DNA from: Alphaproteobacteria bacterium
GTDB lineage: Bacteria; Pseudomonadota; Alphaproteobacteria; JAJFIK01
Length of the DNA stretch: 62,867 bases
NCBI GenBank assembly: GCA_046538635.1
Contig: JBKHIN010000001.1
Coordinates: 1 to 62,867, forward strand
Direction: 5' to 3'
The position numbers and the translations under genes were made by a program. The notes below the pieces were generated by a model that saw only the letters and a list, made by a program, of their open reading frames with translations, did no database searches and was not told the origin of the DNA. The number at the start of each line of letters is the position of its first letter. Position 1 is the stretch's first letter. Shown here one piece after another: positions 10,391 through 20,241 of this stretch.

Positions 10391-11152
10391 TCAGATGTGC
10401 ATGCGCCAGATCAGCCGGGCCCGCACGGCGTGGAACCGGTTGGTGTGCGTATAGGTGCGATCCACCTCCCTGCTCTGCCCGTTCTCCTCAACAGGGAAGA
10501 TGAAGCCGTTGATTTCGGTGGTGCCCAGATCCGTGTAGCGGTATTCGACGCCCGCCGACCAGTCGTCCCAGAGTTCCACCTCGATGCCGCCGCCGGCGGT
10601 CCAGCCGAACTCGGTCTGGCTGCCCGAAATGGTTTCCAGCGGCGGCGGACCGTCGAAGGTCACCATGTCCACATCGCCGGCGGCCAGTCCGCCCGTGCCG
10701 TAGAGATAGAACCAGTCGGTGGCGTAACCGGCGCGGGCCCTCAGCGAGCCCAGAATGCCGATTTCCTTGATCGTGCCATTGCCGTTGCCCCAGTCAAAGC
10801 GGCCGGAGAAATCAGCATATTCGAGATCGACCTCGCCGCCATAAACCCAGGGGCCGGTCTGCATATTGATGCCCAGCACGCCGCCGACCGTGAAACCGTC
10901 CGTGTCATAGGGCCGCGGAGTATCAGTGGGGGTGCCGAACTCGGTGAGTGTCTCAAGCATTTCGTCCTCACCCCACAGCCAGCCGCCCAGGACACCCACA
11001 TAAATTCCGGCCCAGTCATGAACCTCGTAGACGCCATAGCCGATGCTGCCTTCGGCTTCCGGCGCCCCTTCGGCGGCCGGCCCGTTTGCCGCCGCGCCAG
11101 CCGTTCCCGCCAGAATGGCGGCAGCGGCCGCCAGAATCCCGTATCCGCGCAT
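10391..11152 (-). CDS. Outer-membrane beta-barrel protein (Omp25/Omp31-like porin family)
   Basis: ATG at 11152 after GGGGGAGA. Signal peptide followed by alternating aromatic/Gly beta-strand pattern (GYATDWFYLYGTGG, GWTAGGGIE, VEYRYTDLG). Confidence 0.8.
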   Translation of the reverse strand: MRGYGILAAAAAILAGTAGAAANGPAAEGAPEAEGSIGYGVYEVHDWAGIYVGVLGGWLWGEDEMLETLTEFGTPTDTPRPYDTDGFTVGGVLGINMQTGPWVYGGEVDLEYADFSGRFDWGNGNGTIKEIGILGSLRARAGYATDWFYLYGTGGLAAGDVDMVTFDGPPPLETISGSQTEFGWTAGGGIEVELWDDWSAGVEYRYTDLGTTEINGFIFPVEENGQSREVDRTYTHTNRFHAVRARLIWRMHI

Positions 11153-11288
11153 GACCGTCTCCCCCGGACCTGTCGAATGTATCTGAAAGGAACAATAGAA
11201 AATTCCGCCGCACGGCGCGAGAGGCGAGTGCCGGCGCAGCACACTTTATGCCACGGCGTCCCGCGATGGCGACATCAGGCGGCAGCCC

Positions 11289-12344
11289 TCAGCGGGGGAT
11301 CAGCGCCCAGTAATCGAAATCGAGGATCACCGCGGGGAGATACTTGCCGTCCTCGCCCTTGTAGGGAAATCCGGCGCACGGGCGGTCCTTCGTCGCCACA
11401 AGGCGCAGGCGCACGGCGCCCACATCGGCGCGCCCCGCGACCTCCGCCTTGCCGAGCACTTCCGACCACGCAAATACCGTTTCACCCGCGAACAGCGGAG
11501 CCGCATGCACACCGCCATTGATGCCCGCGATCAGACAGGCATTGCCCAGCCCGTTGAAGGAGAGCGCCCGCGCCAGACTGATGACGTGGCCGCCATAGAC
11601 CAGCCGCCGCCCGAACCGGCCCTGCGATTCCGAATGCTGGTTGAAATGCACCCGGGCCGTGTTCTGGTAGAGGCGTGTGGCGAGCTGGTGTTCGGCCTCT
11701 TCCACGGTCATGCCGTCCACATGGTCGATGCGCTCGCCGGTTTCGTAGTTGCCCCACAGATGGGGCGATCCGGAGAGAGCCGTGTCGAAATTCCGGAATG
11801 TCAGCCCTCCGGGCACTTTGAGCTCCGCCGCCGGAACGGCATCCGGCAGATCGGGGACAACCGGTTCCGGAGCGGGCGCGTTTTCATCGCGTTTGCGCAC
11901 CATCACCCAGCGCACATAGGAGAGCACGGTTTCGCCGCGCTGATTGCGCCCCTCCGTACGCACATAGACGATGCCGGTCTTGCCGCTGGAGGTTTCCTTG
12001 AGCCCGATGACGCGGCTGCGCGCGCTCAGGGTATCGCCCGGATAGACGGGCGCCGGGAAACGGCCTTGTGCATATCCCAGATTGGCGACGGCATTGAGCG
12101 AGATGTCCGGAACCGTCTTGCCGAAGGCGATGTGAAAGGCGAGCAGGTCATCCACCGGCGCCTGTTTCAGACCGCAGGCCCGGGCAAAGGCGTCCGAGGA
12201 CTGGAGGGCGAAGCGGGAGCCGTAGAGCGCCGTGTAAAGAGCAACGTCTCCTCCCGTGACCGTGCGCGGCGTGGCGTGGACGATCTCCTGATCGAGTTCG
12301 AAATCCTCGAAGAAATTGCCGGGGGTGGTCTTCGAATAAGGCAT
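11289..12344 (-). CDS. Double hot-dog MaoC-family enoyl-CoA hydratase (mesaconyl-CoA/itaconyl-CoA hydratase-like)
   Basis: 351 aa starting MPYSKTTPGNFFEDF. Two hot-dog halves (HATPRTVTGGDVALY... and NTARVHFN...YGGHVISLAR). The start overlaps the upstream lyase stop by 1 nt (TGATG). Confidence 0.75.
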   Translation of the reverse strand: MPYSKTTPGNFFEDFELDQEIVHATPRTVTGGDVALYTALYGSRFALQSSDAFARACGLKQAPVDDLLAFHIAFGKTVPDISLNAVANLGYAQGRFPAPVYPGDTLSARSRVIGLKETSSGKTGIVYVRTEGRNQRGETVLSYVRWVMVRKRDENAPAPEPVVPDLPDAVPAAELKVPGGLTFRNFDTALSGSPHLWGNYETGERIDHVDGMTVEEAEHQLATRLYQNTARVHFNQHSESQGRFGRRLVYGGHVISLARALSFNGLGNACLIAGINGGVHAAPLFAGETVFAWSEVLGKAEVAGRADVGAVRLRLVATKDRPCAGFPYKGEDGKYLPAVILDFDYWALIPR

Positions 12345-13240
12345 CAAGAAGGCCCCTCCCTTGAGGCAATCGCATCGGCCATCGCGACAAGGCGCCGTCC
12401 CTGTTCGGCGTGCAAGCGTTCGACCATGCGGCCGTCGACCTTCAGCACGCCCTTGCCCGCATTCTCCGGTTCGTCGAAGGCAGCGATCACGCGCCGGGCG
12501 AAGGCCACTTCGTCCGGGTCCGGCGCGAAGATGCGGTTGCAGGGTTCGATCTGCGTGGGATGAATCAATGTCTTGCCGTCGAAGCCGAAATCCGCCCCCT
12601 GACGGCATTCCTGTATGAAGCCGTCCGTATCCTGTATGTTGTTGAAAACGCCGTCGATAATGGCGAGCCCGTGCGCGCGTGCAGCGAGCAGCGGGATGGA
12701 AAGCGCAGTCATGAGCGGCGCGCGCCCCGGGGTCAGCGCGCAGCGAAGCTCCTTGGCAAGATCATTGGTTCCCATCACAAAGGCGCGCAGCCGTGTGTCC
12801 TCTGCCGTTGCGGCAATGGCCTCCGCATGCAGGATGGCGGCGGGCGTTTCCATCATCGCCCAGAGCGCCATCCCCTCCGGCGCGCCCAGGCCGTTCAGCA
12901 TGCCGCTGAGGCGAGAAACATCGTCCGCCGACTGCACCTTGGGCACCAGCACGGCGTGGGGCCCCGCCTCGGCGACCGCCTTCAGGTCGGCCTCACCCCA
13001 GGGGCCCGAAACGTCGTTGACGCGCACCACAACCTCGCGCGGGCCATAGCCGCGCGCCTGGACTTCGGCGCAGACGAGGCCGCGCGCCGTTTCCTTGGCG
13101 TCGGGAGCGACGGCATCCTCCAGATCGAGGATCAGCGCATCGGCGGCAAGTGACTTGGCCTTTTCCAGGGCGCGCTGGTTCGAGCCGGGCATGTAAAGCA
13201 CGGAACGGCGCGGCCGGATGCCGGAATCGGTCTGGCTCAT
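12344..13240 (-). CDS. HpcH/CitE-family CoA-ester lyase (malyl-CoA/citramalyl-CoA lyase or thioesterase-like)
   Basis: 298 aa from the ATG at 13240. CitE-like motifs RSVLYMPG, DALILDLEDAV, ETP and GFDGKTLIHPTQI. Confidence 0.75.
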   Translation of the reverse strand: MSQTDSGIRPRRSVLYMPGSNQRALEKAKSLAADALILDLEDAVAPDAKETARGLVCAEVQARGYGPREVVVRVNDVSGPWGEADLKAVAEAGPHAVLVPKVQSADDVSRLSGMLNGLGAPEGMALWAMMETPAAILHAEAIAATAEDTRLRAFVMGTNDLAKELRCALTPGRAPLMTALSIPLLAARAHGLAIIDGVFNNIQDTDGFIQECRQGADFGFDGKTLIHPTQIEPCNRIFAPDPDEVAFARRVIAAFDEPENAGKGVLKVDGRMVERLHAEQGRRLVAMADAIASREGPS

Positions 13241-13315
13241 GCAAGGCTTCCCGTTTCGAAGTGACCGGAACATGCCGTAAAAGGGTTAACCCGTTCCGAT
13301 GTGCCGATCAAAGAC

Positions 13316-14158
13316 ATGACCGCCATCCTCTCCATCCAGTCCCACGTTGCCTACGGCCATGTGGGCAATTCGGCCGCCGCCTTCGCCCTGCAACGGCGGG
13401 GACACGACGTCTGGGCGGTCCCAACGGTCCTGTTTTCCAACCAGCCGGGACATGGCGGCAAGCGGGGCCGGACGGTGCCGGCCGCCTGGCTGGCGGACAT
13501 GATTTCGGGCGTCGAGGAGCGGGGCTGGCTCGCGCGCTGCGGCGCTGTGCTCTCGGGATATCTGGGCGCCCGGGCCCAGGCGGAAGTCGTGGCCGCCGCC
13601 GTTCGCAGGACCAGGGCCGCCAATCCTCATGCGCTCTATCTCTGCGATCCGGTGTTCGGAGACGTGCCCGGCGGCATTTATGTGGACACGCATCTGGTAC
13701 AGGACTTTCGCGAGCTTCTGACCCCCCTCGCCGATATCGTTACGCCCAACGCGTTCGAACTGGCTCACCTGTCAGGCCGCCCGGTGGATAGCCCCGAAAC
13801 CGCCATCACCGCCGCCCGCCGTCTCTCCGCGCCGCTCGTACTGGCAACCTCGATCCCGATAGGGGCGCGTGAAATCGGCACGCTGGCGGTGACGCCAGAC
13901 GAAGCATGGATTGTGCCGGTCAACCTGCTCGAAGCGCCGCCGCACGGTTCCGGCGACCTCATGGCGGCGCTGTTCCTCGGCCACATGCTCGACGGCCGCA
14001 CGCCCCGGCAAGCCCTTGTCCGGTCGGCTTCCGCCGTGGACGCGCTGCTGAACGCCGCCGTCTCGGAAGGGCTCGACGAAATGCCGCTGGTGCGCATGCA
14101 GGAAGTGCTGGAAGCGGAGCCGGCCCTGACGGCAACCGCGATCGGCGCGGCGGCCTGA
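13316..14158 (+). CDS. pdxY: Pyridoxal/pyridoxamine kinase
   Basis: N-terminus MTAILSIQSHVAYGHVGNSAA matches the PdxY/PdxK pattern. C-terminal GSGDL motif. An alternative GTG start lies at 13301. Confidence 0.85.
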   Translation: MTAILSIQSHVAYGHVGNSAAAFALQRRGHDVWAVPTVLFSNQPGHGGKRGRTVPAAWLADMISGVEERGWLARCGAVLSGYLGARAQAEVVAAAVRRTRAANPHALYLCDPVFGDVPGGIYVDTHLVQDFRELLTPLADIVTPNAFELAHLSGRPVDSPETAITAARRLSAPLVLATSIPIGAREIGTLAVTPDEAWIVPVNLLEAPPHGSGDLMAALFLGHMLDGRTPRQALVRSASAVDALLNAAVSEGLDEMPLVRMQEVLEAEPALTATAIGAAA

Positions 14159-14187
14159 CCGGTGCGCTGCTGTCTTTTCGGACATGC

Positions 14188-15180
14188 TCACAACATGGAC
14201 GGCAGCACCCGATCGGGCGGCTTGTGGCCATCCGCGAAGGTCTTGATGTTGATGAGGACCTTCTCGCCCATCTCGACGCGGCCCTCGATGGTGTTGGAGC
14301 CCAGATGGGGCAGCAGCACCACGTTCTCCGCCTTGAGCAGCTTGGGGTTCACGGCCGGTTCATGCTCGTAGACGTCGAGGCCGGCGCCCGCGATGCGCCC
14401 CGCCTCCAGCATGCGGGCGAGGGCGTTCTCGTCCACCACCTCGCCGCGCGCGGTGTTGACCAGATAGGCGGAGGGTTTCAGCAGCTCCAGACGCCGCGCG
14501 GAAAGCAGGTGAAAGGTAGCGGGCGTGTGCGGGCAGTTGATGGAAACGATGTCCATGCGCCGCAGCATCTGATCGAGGCTCTCCCAGTAGGTCGCCTCGA
14601 GTTCGCTCTCGACCGCGTCAGGCACCCGGCGACGGTTGTGATAGTGGATCTGCAGGCCGAAGGAACGGGCGCGGCGCGCCACGGCCTGCCCGATGCGGCC
14701 CATGCCCACAATGCCCAGCCGCTTGCCGGAAATACGATTGCCCAGCATCCAGGTGGGCGCCCAGCCATGCCAGTCCTGCGGTGCATTGCGCATCAGCGCC
14801 GCGCCCTCGATCAAGCGGCGGGGCACGGCGAGGATCAGGGCCATGGTCAGATCGGCCGTGTCCTCGGTCAGCACGCCCGGCGTATTGGTGACGGTGATGC
14901 CCCGGCTCAGGGCCGACTCCACGTCGATATTGTCCACGCCATTGCCGAAATTGGCGATCAGCCTGAGCCGGTCTCCCGCCTGGGCCAGAATGCGCGAGTC
15001 GATCCGGTCGGTAACCGTGGGCACGAGGACGTCCGCCGCACGCGCGGCCTCGGTCAATTCAGCGGCGGACATCGGCGTGTCGGATTCGTTGAGGCGCACA
15101 TCGAAGAGTTCCGCCATGCGGGTTTCGACGGGCTCGGGCAGCTTGCGCGTCACGATGACCAGGGGCCGGGATGCGCTCAT
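14188..15180 (-). CDS. D-isomer-specific 2-hydroxyacid dehydrogenase (glyoxylate/hydroxypyruvate reductase-like)
   Basis: ATG at 15180 after AAGGAGA. NAD motif GIVGMGRIGQAV and the catalytic R...E...H region (NTARG, LPHLGS). Confidence 0.85.
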   Translation of the reverse strand: MSASRPLVIVTRKLPEPVETRMAELFDVRLNESDTPMSAAELTEAARAADVLVPTVTDRIDSRILAQAGDRLRLIANFGNGVDNIDVESALSRGITVTNTPGVLTEDTADLTMALILAVPRRLIEGAALMRNAPQDWHGWAPTWMLGNRISGKRLGIVGMGRIGQAVARRARSFGLQIHYHNRRRVPDAVESELEATYWESLDQMLRRMDIVSINCPHTPATFHLLSARRLELLKPSAYLVNTARGEVVDENALARMLEAGRIAGAGLDVYEHEPAVNPKLLKAENVVLLPHLGSNTIEGRVEMGEKVLINIKTFADGHKPPDRVLPSML

Positions 15181-15389
15181 GCGTTGCGTTTCTCCTTGGC
15201 TGGGCGGGCGCCGGGCGGGGATATGCGCGTCTTCCGCGCCGCGGCAAGCGATCATGTACCAGACTCAGGCCCCGAGACAAATGCAAAGGCGGGTGCGGGC
15301 GCGCGTATGGTTGACCGCCTGCCGAAGCAGTCTGTACTGATCGGCTTAATTGATTGGAGCGCGGAATATTTGCGGGACGGGGCGGAGGC

Positions 15390-15932
15390 ATGCAGCGTTT
15401 GCAGACAGCCGGCATGGCGGTTCTGGCGGCCCTTCTGCTGGCGTCAGCCGCTTCCGGCGGAACGGAAGGCCCGGCCGGCGGGGAGCCCGGCGTCACAAAG
15501 GGCCCGGCAACCGGCCTGCCCCTGCCGCGCTTCGTCTCCCTCAAATTCAACAAGGTGCATCTGCGCCGGGGCCCCGGCCTCCGCCACCGGATCGACTGGG
15601 ACTATGTCGAGCGCCGGGGCATGCCTGTGGAGGTCATCGCGGAAGCGGAGCACTGGCGGCGCATCAGGGATGTGGACGGCGATAAGGGCTGGGTGCACGC
15701 CTCGCAGCTTTCGGACCGTCGCGGCGTCATCATCAGCGGCGACGACGTAAGCGTTCTGCGCCGCCGCCCCGATCCGGCCTCCGCGCCTGTGGCGCTCGTC
15801 GAACCGGGTCTGATCGGAACAATCCGCAAATGCGGTGCACACTGGTGCCGGGTCACGGTGCGAGGCTATACGGGCTGGCTGCCACGCGCGGGCCTGTGGG
15901 GCCTCTACGAACACGAAGAGGGGATCGACTAG
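15390..15932 (+). CDS. SH3-like domain protein (DUF1058-type), secreted
   Basis: Signal peptide followed by two SH3-like repeats (LPRFVSLKFNKVHLRRGP..., WCRVTVRGYTGWL). Confidence 0.7.
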   Translation: MQRLQTAGMAVLAALLLASAASGGTEGPAGGEPGVTKGPATGLPLPRFVSLKFNKVHLRRGPGLRHRIDWDYVERRGMPVEVIAEAEHWRRIRDVDGDKGWVHASQLSDRRGVIISGDDVSVLRRRPDPASAPVALVEPGLIGTIRKCGAHWCRVTVRGYTGWLPRAGLWGLYEHEEGID

Positions 15933-16081
15933 GCCGCAAATATAAGCTCCAATGACGCGATTTGCCTGAGCGGGATGCAAAGTCCGCTTCAGGCGGGGGA
16001 GAACAGTACCGCGAAAAGACCAGACAAGGTGGCGGCGGGCATGCGGAAATCGCGTGCCGCGGAGTTGAAGGGGAGCCGGGT

Positions 16082-17602
16082 ATGCTTGAACTTATCGAAG
16101 ACGGGATCAGGGCGATTAACAATGTCGTCTGGGGCCCGCCAATGCTGGCCCTGCTGTTGCTGGTCGGCATCTATTTTACGATCCGCACCAGAGGCCTTCA
16201 GGTACGCCGCTTCGGTGGGGGTGTGTCGCGCCTTCTCGGCTTCCACAAGTTCAAATATGCGCCCAAGGGCGGCGACGTTTCGTCCTTCGGGGCGCTGATG
16301 ACCACGCTCTCCTCCACCATCGGCACGGGTAATATCGGGGGCGTCGCCATCGGTCTGGCGCTCGGCGGCCCCGGCGCTCTGTTCTGGATGTGGATCACCG
16401 CACTGGTGGGCATGGCGACCAGTTTTGCGGAAGCCTCGCTGGCCGTGCATTACCGGGAAAAAGACAAGGACGGGCGCACGGTAGGCGGTCCCATGTACTA
16501 CATCAAGAACGGGCTGGGGCAGAAATGGGTCTGGCTGGGTGTGGTCTTCGCCACATTCGGCATATTCGCGGCGCTGGGCACGGGCAGCTATATTCAGGCC
16601 AATTCAGTGGCCGCCGCCGTCAAGGGCAGCTTCAATCTCGGAACCATGGATGCCGCGCAGGCGAAGGCGCTGGGCTGGCAAATCCCCATCATAACGGGAT
16701 TACTTCTCGCGGGGGGCGCCGCCGCGGTCATCCTCGGCGGTATCCGGTGGATCGCCAAGGTTGCCAGCATTCTCGTACCTTTCATGGCAATCGGCTATTT
16801 CGGCGGCGGGATCATTATCATCGCCCTGCATATCGATCAGGTGCCCGCCGTGTTCGGCCTGATCTTCCGCAGCGCGTTCGGCTATGAGGCCGCGGCCGGG
16901 GGCTTCGCCGGCGTGGCCTTCTGGCTCGCCATCAAATGGGGCGTGGCGCGCGGCATCTTCTCCAACGAGGCAGGCCAGGGCTCCTCGCCTATCGCCCATG
17001 CCGCCGCGCAGGTCGATCACCCGGCTGATCAGGGCCTGATGGCCATGATCGGGATCTTCATAGATACCATCGTGGTTTGCACGGTCACCGGTCTGGTGAT
17101 CCTCCTCATGTACTGGGATTCGATCACCGGGAACTGCAATTCCGTCGCCATGCTCAATGCGGGGGGCGCCATTGAGGGTTGCCTCTCCGATGTGCGCCTG
17201 ACCACATGGTCATTCGAACAGGCGTTCACGGGCGGGGAGACCTTCGTCACCGTAGCGCTGGTGGTCTTTGCCTTCACCACCATTCTGGGCTGGAGCTATT
17301 ATGGCGAGCGCTGCGCTGAGTTCCTGTTCGGCGAAAAGATCATCGTACCCTTCCGCGTGCTTTGGGTCCTGTGGACGTTTTTCGGAGCGGCCATTCTGGT
17401 CGTGGAAGATCAGGGGATCAAAAATATCGTGACCCTGGTCTGGCTGATCGGCGACACGCTGACCGCGCTCATGGCCGCACCCAACCTGATTGCGCTCACC
17501 ATGCTCAGTCCCATCGTGCTGAAAATCGCGAAGGACTATTTCTCCGGCAAATGGGACATGGCCGACCCGCAGGAACGGGACGTGCCCAAGCCGGAATACT
17601 GA
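16082..17602 (+). CDS. Alanine/glycine:cation symporter (AGCS family)
   Basis: 506 aa from the ATG at 16082. Multi-TM protein with AGCS signature regions (GDVSSFGALMTTLSSTIGTGNIGGVA, GIFSNEAGQGSSPIAHAAA). Confidence 0.9.
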   Translation: MLELIEDGIRAINNVVWGPPMLALLLLVGIYFTIRTRGLQVRRFGGGVSRLLGFHKFKYAPKGGDVSSFGALMTTLSSTIGTGNIGGVAIGLALGGPGALFWMWITALVGMATSFAEASLAVHYREKDKDGRTVGGPMYYIKNGLGQKWVWLGVVFATFGIFAALGTGSYIQANSVAAAVKGSFNLGTMDAAQAKALGWQIPIITGLLLAGGAAAVILGGIRWIAKVASILVPFMAIGYFGGGIIIIALHIDQVPAVFGLIFRSAFGYEAAAGGFAGVAFWLAIKWGVARGIFSNEAGQGSSPIAHAAAQVDHPADQGLMAMIGIFIDTIVVCTVTGLVILLMYWDSITGNCNSVAMLNAGGAIEGCLSDVRLTTWSFEQAFTGGETFVTVALVVFAFTTILGWSYYGERCAEFLFGEKIIVPFRVLWVLWTFFGAAILVVEDQGIKNIVTLVWLIGDTLTALMAAPNLIALTMLSPIVLKIAKDYFSGKWDMADPQERDVPKPEY

Positions 17603-17661
17603 CCCCTGGAGGCGCCGGACATCACCAATGCCCGGCGCTGGCTCCAACGGGCCAAGTGCTG

Positions 17662-17690
17662 ACGGCCTTCGCGCCCGCGGAGGCCGTTTT
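17662..17690 (+). terminator. Rho-independent terminator after the AGCS symporter gene
   Basis: 7-bp stem ACGGCCT/AGGCCGT with a GC-rich 12-nt loop that can extend the stem. Followed by TTTT. Confidence 0.6.
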
Positions 17691-17731
17691 CACATTCCCG
17701 GGAACGGGAGATTCATCTGAGAAACCGCAGA

Positions 17732-18187
17732 TCAGGAGGACCGCTTGTGCCGCAGGCGCACCACCACGTCGACCCGTTCGATTTCCGTGCCCGGCGGCGG
17801 TTCCGGCAGGCCGTCAATCCTGACGCCGCCGCCCGGCACGTCGGACAGGGCCCCGTCTTCCTGCAGGAAATAGTGGGGATGGTCGGACGTGTTGGTGTCG
17901 AAATAAATTTTCGCGCCATCGACGATCACCTGCCGCAGCAGACCCGCGGCGGTGAGCTGATGGAGTGTATTGTATATGGTCGCGAGGGACACGGAAAGGT
18001 TCAGGTCGCGGGCCTCGCCGTGCAGGACTTCGGCCGTCACATGACGGTTGCCCCGCCCGTACAGGAGGCGGCAGAGAGCAAGGCGCTGGCGCGTGGGGCG
18101 CAAATTTACGCGGCGAAGCGCCCGCGCCGCCTTCTCGTCGCTATAGCCACGGCTCGGACTCTCATCCATCTGCCGGCCCCGTTCCAT
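17732..18187 (-). CDS. irr: Iron response regulator Irr (Fur family)
   Basis: 151-aa Fur-fold protein (PTRQRLALCRLL, SLATIYNTLHQL) with an Irr-type His motif TSDHPHYF. Divergent from fabA, the usual alphaproteobacterial synteny. Confidence 0.85.
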   Translation of the reverse strand: MERGRQMDESPSRGYSDEKAARALRRVNLRPTRQRLALCRLLYGRGNRHVTAEVLHGEARDLNLSVSLATIYNTLHQLTAAGLLRQVIVDGAKIYFDTNTSDHPHYFLQEDGALSDVPGGGVRIDGLPEPPPGTEIERVDVVVRLRHKRSS

Positions 18188-18213
18188 GTAACCTCAAGCG
18201 AACCTTATCCTGA

Positions 18214-18235
18214 AAGATGACATCGCCGTCATCTT
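18214..18235. promoter_or_regulatory. Perfect 8-6-8 inverted repeat in the irr-fabA divergent intergenic region
   Basis: AAGATGAC-ATCGCC-GTCATCTT lies 27-48 nt upstream of the irr ATG. Confidence 0.4.
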
Positions 18236-18389
18236 GACGTGACGCCTTGCGCCGCGCACGTTCCAAATCGTACCCTCGCGCGGCCAAGTCAAGCAATGCG
18301 CTCGGCCTGGCCGCCGTTCCGGCCCGCGCCGGCACGCTCCGGACGGCCGGGAAGCGCGAAAGCAAGCCGAAAGGACGGACCGGGCCAGC

Positions 18390-18914
18390 ATGCAAAATCG
18401 CAAATCCGCCTACGACTATGACGACCTGATCGCCTGCGGTCACGGCGAACTGTTCGCCGACACCGACGGTCCGCGCCTGCCTCTGCCGCCCATGCTGATG
18501 TTCGACCGCATCACCGATGTCAGCGACAGCGGGGGCGCCCATGACAAGGGCCGCATCGAGGCGGAATTCGACGTTGATCCCGACCTCTGGTTCTTCAAAT
18601 GCCATTTCGAGGGCGACCCGGTGATGCCCGGCTGTCTGGGGCTCGACGCGCTGTGGCAGCTCGTGGGTTTTTTCCTGGGCTGGACCGGCGCACCGGGCAA
18701 GGGCCGCGCGCTGGGCGTGGGCGAAGTGAAATTCAGCGGCATGGTGCTCCCTGAACATCGCCTCGTTCGTTACCACATAGATTTCAAACGGGTGATCACC
18801 CGCCGGCTTGTGATGGCCATCGGCGACGGCGAAATGCAGGTGGACGGCGAGACGATTTACACCGCCGCCGATCTGCGCGTCGGACTGTTCCAGGATGACG
18901 GCGCGGCGGCGTGA
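18390..18914 (+). CDS. fabA: 3-hydroxydecanoyl-ACP dehydratase/isomerase
   Basis: 174 aa with the active-site region [24 protein letters not shown]. Confidence 0.95.
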   Translation: MQNRKSAYDYDDLIACGHGELFADTDGPRLPLPPMLMFDRITDVSDSGGAHDKGRIEAEFDVDPDLWFFKCHFEGDPVMPGCLGLDALWQLVGFFLGWTGAPGKGRALGVGEVKFSGMVLPEHRLVRYHIDFKRVITRRLVMAIGDGEMQVDGETIYTAADLRVGLFQDDGAAA

Positions 18915-18962
18915 TCCGCATACCGGCCCGTTTCGAACACTCTTTTTTCAGAGGATGACATC

Positions 18963-20180
18963 ATGAGGCGCGTCGCGGTTACCGGACTGGGTATCGTATG
19001 TTCAATCGGCAATTCGGCGGACGAAGTCGCAGCTTCGCTGCGCGAGGGCCGGTCCGGCATAGAGAAGGCGCCGGACTATGAACGCCTCGGCTTCCGCAGC
19101 CATGTTCACGGTTCGATCAAGCTCGATCTGGAGGAAGCGCTGGACCGCAAGACCCGCCGTTTCATGGGAGACGGCGCGGCCTATGCCTGGATCGCCCTGC
19201 AACAGGCGATCGAGGACGCCGGGCTTGAGAAGAACGACATTTCCAACGAGCGCACGGGCCTGATCGTGGGCTCGGGCGGCCCATCCACCAAGGCCATCGT
19301 GCAGGCGGCGGATGTCGCCCGGGACAAGGGCCCCAAGCGGGTGGGCCCCACACAGGTGCCCAAGGCGATGTCGAGCACCTGCTCGGCGACGCTGGCGACG
19401 CCCATGGGCATCAAGGGCATCAGCTATTCCATCAGTTCGGCCTGCTCCACCTCCACGCACTGCATCGGCAACGCCGCGGAGATGATCCAGTGGGGCAAGC
19501 AGGACGTGATGTTCGCAGGCGGGGGCGAAGAACTGGACTGGACGCTTTCCGTGCTGTTCGACGCCATGGGCGCCATGTCCAGCCGCTTCAACGACCGGCC
19601 GGAGACCGCAAGCCGGCCCTATGACGTCAACCGCGACGGGTTCGTGATTTCCGGCGGCGGCGGCATTCTGGTGCTGGAGGAACTGGAGCGGGCGAAGGCG
19701 CGCGGCGCCCGGATATATGCGGAAATCGCCGGCTTCGGCGCCACCTCCGACGGCCACGACATGGTGCAGCCTTCCGGCGAAGGCGCGGTGCGCTGCATGC
19801 GCCAGGCCCTGGCCACGGTGGATGGGCCCATCGACTGCATCAACCCGCATGCGACCTCGACGCCCATCGGCGACATTCCCGAAATCGAGGCGCTGCGCGA
19901 AGTCTTCAACGGCGACATGCCGCCCATCAGCGCCACCAAATCGCTCACCGGGCACAGCCAGGGCGCTGCGGGCGTCCATGAGGCGATCTACTCGCTGCTC
20001 ATGATGGAAGGCGGTTTCATTCCAGCCTCGGCCCATATCGAGGAGATGGACCCGGCCGTGGGCAATGCGCCCGTGGTTCGCGAGTTGCGTGAAAATGTGG
20101 ACCTGGATTGCGTGCTCTCGAACAGTTTCGGGTTCGGCGGCACCAACGGAACGCTGGTGTTCCGGAAAGTTCACGACTGA
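18963..20180 (+). CDS. fabB: Beta-ketoacyl-ACP synthase I
   Basis: 405 aa KAS I. Active-site Cys region SSACSTS, the His residues ([14 protein letters not shown]) and the C-terminal FGFGGTNG. Confidence 0.95.
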   Translation: MRRVAVTGLGIVCSIGNSADEVAASLREGRSGIEKAPDYERLGFRSHVHGSIKLDLEEALDRKTRRFMGDGAAYAWIALQQAIEDAGLEKNDISNERTGLIVGSGGPSTKAIVQAADVARDKGPKRVGPTQVPKAMSSTCSATLATPMGIKGISYSISSACSTSTHCIGNAAEMIQWGKQDVMFAGGGEELDWTLSVLFDAMGAMSSRFNDRPETASRPYDVNRDGFVISGGGGILVLEELERAKARGARIYAEIAGFGATSDGHDMVQPSGEGAVRCMRQALATVDGPIDCINPHATSTPIGDIPEIEALREVFNGDMPPISATKSLTGHSQGAAGVHEAIYSLLMMEGGFIPASAHIEEMDPAVGNAPVVRELRENVDLDCVLSNSFGFGGTNGTLVFRKVHD

Positions 20181-20241
20181 AGTTCCGCCGCCGAACGATC
20201 GAGCGGCACCGCACACGAAAACGGCAAGAGAGGGGAGCGTT

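Noticed and set aside
15933-16081. Possible glycine riboswitch upstream of the alanine/glycine:cation symporter
   Set aside because: The region contains GGGGAGAAC and GCGAAAAGACCAG, which loosely resemble glycine-aptamer segments. However, the conserved CCGAAGG(A/G)GCAA core and the correct element order are absent. Only a covariance-model scan could revive this.
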